Source: the human T2T-CHM13v2.0 reference genome, Homo sapiens. Taken from it: a DNA stretch of 64,000 nt. The notes beneath the pieces were generated by a model, which worked only from the letters and a program-made list of their open reading frames with translations, made no database searches and had not been told where the DNA came from. The stretch lies in assembly GCF_009914755.1 (NCBI RefSeq), contig NC_060936.1. One strand, given 5' to 3'. Shown piece after piece: positions 58,938-64,000 of the stretch; position 1 is the stretch's first letter; the number at the start of each line of letters is the position of its first letter. Made by a program: the position numbers and the translations under genes.

Positions 58938-61177
58938 TTAAATTTCCCATGGATAAAACTGGCCTAGTGTTGATGAAGTTGCCTGAAAAGTCTAGAAGAT
59001 GATCAAGGAAGAAATAATATATTTCTGTTGATTTTTTTGCAGAATAGTCTTGTATTCGGAAAGTCAGATTCTGTCAGGATGGTAACTTTCTTAGGATCAC
59101 ATCTCTTAGTTCTCAGCATTTTTTGTTCTATCCTCAAGAATCTCTTTGATTCCATATTATAAATAATACAGATATCTGTCATTCATGTACTAGGAACTCC
59201 AATTCCTTATTTCCTTAATAGGAATTATCACACAAGAAGTCAGTCATGTATTTTTCCTTAATTTTAAAAATGTAAAGTCACTATGTTTTATGAGTTCGGG
59301 AGTCTCTATCTTTTTACCTAATAAGCATCGTCGGTCAGCTTTTCTGAACCGTAGAGCTCACTGATTATCTCCAGGAGACTTTACACTGTCACTCTCACAA
59401 ATTTGGGAAAAGAGCTACCTTCATGTCTCATTAATGATTTACTCTCTTCAAATCATCTGAAGCAAATTTTGAACACCTCTATAACAAATTAGGGAAGAAA
59501 TGGAATATAAAACTTACATCTTCCATAACATATTGTTTTATAGGACCCTAATTTTATAGATGATTGGTCTCTGTTTCAATTCTTTCAAAATTGTTTTGCT
59601 CTAAAGGATTACAACTTTCCTCTTTCAGGTGAAGCCTCATTTATCTTTTTTTCCCCTCACTATTCTGAACATTCCTAGTGCTAATATCGTTGTTACTGTT
59701 GCTCTTTGAACTGTAGCTTATTTTTTCGTAGTATATTTGAGATATAATAATGTTAACTTACACATACAGTGCTGTGTTTTACAAACATTAATGTATTTAG
59801 TCAACACAGCAACTTCAAGAGAAAGTTACCATTGTCATCTCCAGTTTACTGATGAGGTATGTATGTGATTGGAAAGTGAAAAAAATAATACAGATTATGA
59901 AAAGTATGTGTGAAAATAAAAAATTTAAATGTATTTGATATCTTGCTTTGGGGGAGATTATAAATGCTGGTAGAGTTGACTATATAAATATTCAAAAATT
60001 AATACGTGTACATAAGAAGTTAAAATAACAATGTGAGAAAATGCAGCAATTTTGAAAAATTGAGAAAACGGAGGAACTGTAAATCAGCATACTTTTAGTG
60101 TTACAGAATTTTAAAGTACTTGGTAACTATTATATTTTATAAAATATATTTTTAAATATACTCATAATTTTAAAGATAATCTATAATACCAAATGTATAC
60201 CATGTATTATGATGACTGAATGGTGCATATTAAAGACACTTCGGCAGTTTGAATGTGAAAAAGGTTACATATACTCTTTGTTTTCCTTGTCCAATTATTT
60301 TTGACCAATACGTATATCACTTGTCATTTTATTCCTACTCATTTTAAGTCACATTGTATTTAGAATTTAACATGAATCATGAAAGCTATTATACACACAA
60401 AATTTTGTTTACAATTATAGGAGTTTTATAACATCTTAGAAATTCCTTCAGATGTTCCAGATCAAGACCCCACACTCTATGTAAAATATACTTTCTATTT
60501 TTATGATATTTCTCAGTAGCTCTTTTAGAAACCAAGATAAAACTAGGTGTATAAAGTGGAAATGTTAACAAAAACAAAAACCAAAAAACCTAAAGAAATG
60601 CCTGGGAATGTGTGTGTGAGGGGGTGCGGGGGGAGATGGTGGTGAGCCCGATTTACGTAAGCGGCATTTAGTGATCACCATTAAATAAGTGTCATCAACT
60701 TAACCTAGTATCCATTGGCATCAGAAAGCATGAAATGAGCTCAGTTTATTGCATATTTGTGTATAATAAAGACAGAAATCCCTGGAAGTCATATTTGTGA
60801 AACAATGCAGGAAATATGAGAAATACCCTTTCAGAATAATCTTTACAATTATTAGTGACTTTGAGTAACTTTGAATGAGAAAATTGTTGTTCTGCTTGGA
60901 AGCAATGAACTGGTTCTCAAACTTCTAGAAACTTCTACGTCTACAGGGAGTGACTTTATGATTTAGTTGGGACTCTTGAAAATAAATGAGTACCTCCCCA
61001 CACTCATCTCACTAATAGACTCTTTTCAATATTCAGATTAAAGTGTGACCGAGGAATTAGTATTAAAAGAAAAGCAAAACAAAACCTCCAGGTGATTCTG
61101 AGGTATGGGAAAGTTTGTCAAATAGTGACCTAATTGACCTCCAGGGTCCTTTATATTTTTCAAAAAGACGACACATT

Positions 61178-61201
61178 TATATATATATATATATATATAT
61201 T
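61178..61201. repeat. (TA)n microsatellite
   Basis: Direct inspection. Confidence 0.9.
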
Positions 61202-62027
61202 TTCTAATTTACTTTCTTGTTTTTAAGAATACCTGTATTGCTGGATCAAAGGACTTAGAACTTACGGCAGGTAGCATGTAGGAAGATTTCTCAGTCCTGA
61301 CTTTGTATAATATTAATAGCAAGATTTTCTTGAGGTTCAAGCTGAAGATTCAGTCTAAGATTCTCTTTTGATTCTAATAAGGAAGAGACATAAGAAACTT
61401 AGAAATAGATATACTTGTCTAGTGTACTCAGATACTTGAATAAATCTACATATACTGTGAAGCATTTTTTGTAATTAATTATGCTTTCTTCAAAGCTTCC
61501 TTTAAAAGAACAAAGAACTTTCTTTTTTCTTTTGAAAAGAACTTTCAAAATACTTCAATGAGGCTTTTTTGGGAAAAAGCTGGATATCAAGAGAGGTACT
61601 TGTTTTTTTGAAAATCATAAATTTTTCATAATATAGGTTTTAAAATTTAGCAAAAGTTTTTCATTTTTTCTTGCTCATTTTCTTATATATCAATTATTTA
61701 TTGAGCCCTTTCTCTTTCCCATGTGTTACATATTTCATTTAATTTATATATATCATTTAATTTATTCCTTACAACAGAAATCCTGTGAAGCAGATGATCC
61801 AAACCATATTTTGTTGATGGGCAATCAGAGGCTCATGGAATTTAAATAATTTGCCCAGGATTACTCAGCCAGTGAGTGGCAGAGCATGAATTAAAAACTA
61901 GATTTATGTAAATGAAAACACCATCCTTTTAACTAATAAAACGTTGACTTCATAAAAAATTCATAACAGAAGCCAAATCAGCTTCATTTTTCTGACTATA
62001 ATGTACATTTAATTTTATGAAAAATTG

Positions 62028-64000
<1,973 letters not shown>

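Noticed and set aside
60652-60662. TTACGTAA bZIP palindrome
   Set aside because: A single 8-mer is expected by chance and has no supporting context

Overview
Human (hominid) AT-rich, repeat-dense DNA from an olfactory-receptor cluster. The intact OR gene reads as OR9K2 and its single-stop paralog as OR9K1P, both names recognised from memory (chr12q13). The window also holds a 3'-truncated processed pseudogene of HSF2 (beta splice form), a full-length but disabled L1HS Ta-0 element with intact ORF0, and many L1, Alu, MaLR, MLT2 and LTR12 relics. Beyond standard annotation, two things stand out. First, a paralogous OR promoter/first-exon module (TAATTGAC, O/E-like site, splice donor about 660-680 bp downstream) occurs three times (~335, ~23138, ~36873), but only two copies have an OR coding exon, so the first looks like an orphan promoter of a lost third OR9K gene. 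Second, there are several template-switch-type rearrangements: a 347-bp inverted duplication joined to an exact 43-bp copy of a junction 24 kb away, an inversion with a 287-bp inverted duplication, a 71-bp tandem duplication of the OR9K1P acceptor and ATG, and a fold-back insertion in the HSF2 retrocopy. All alignments and identities were done by eye. No new protein-coding system is supported.
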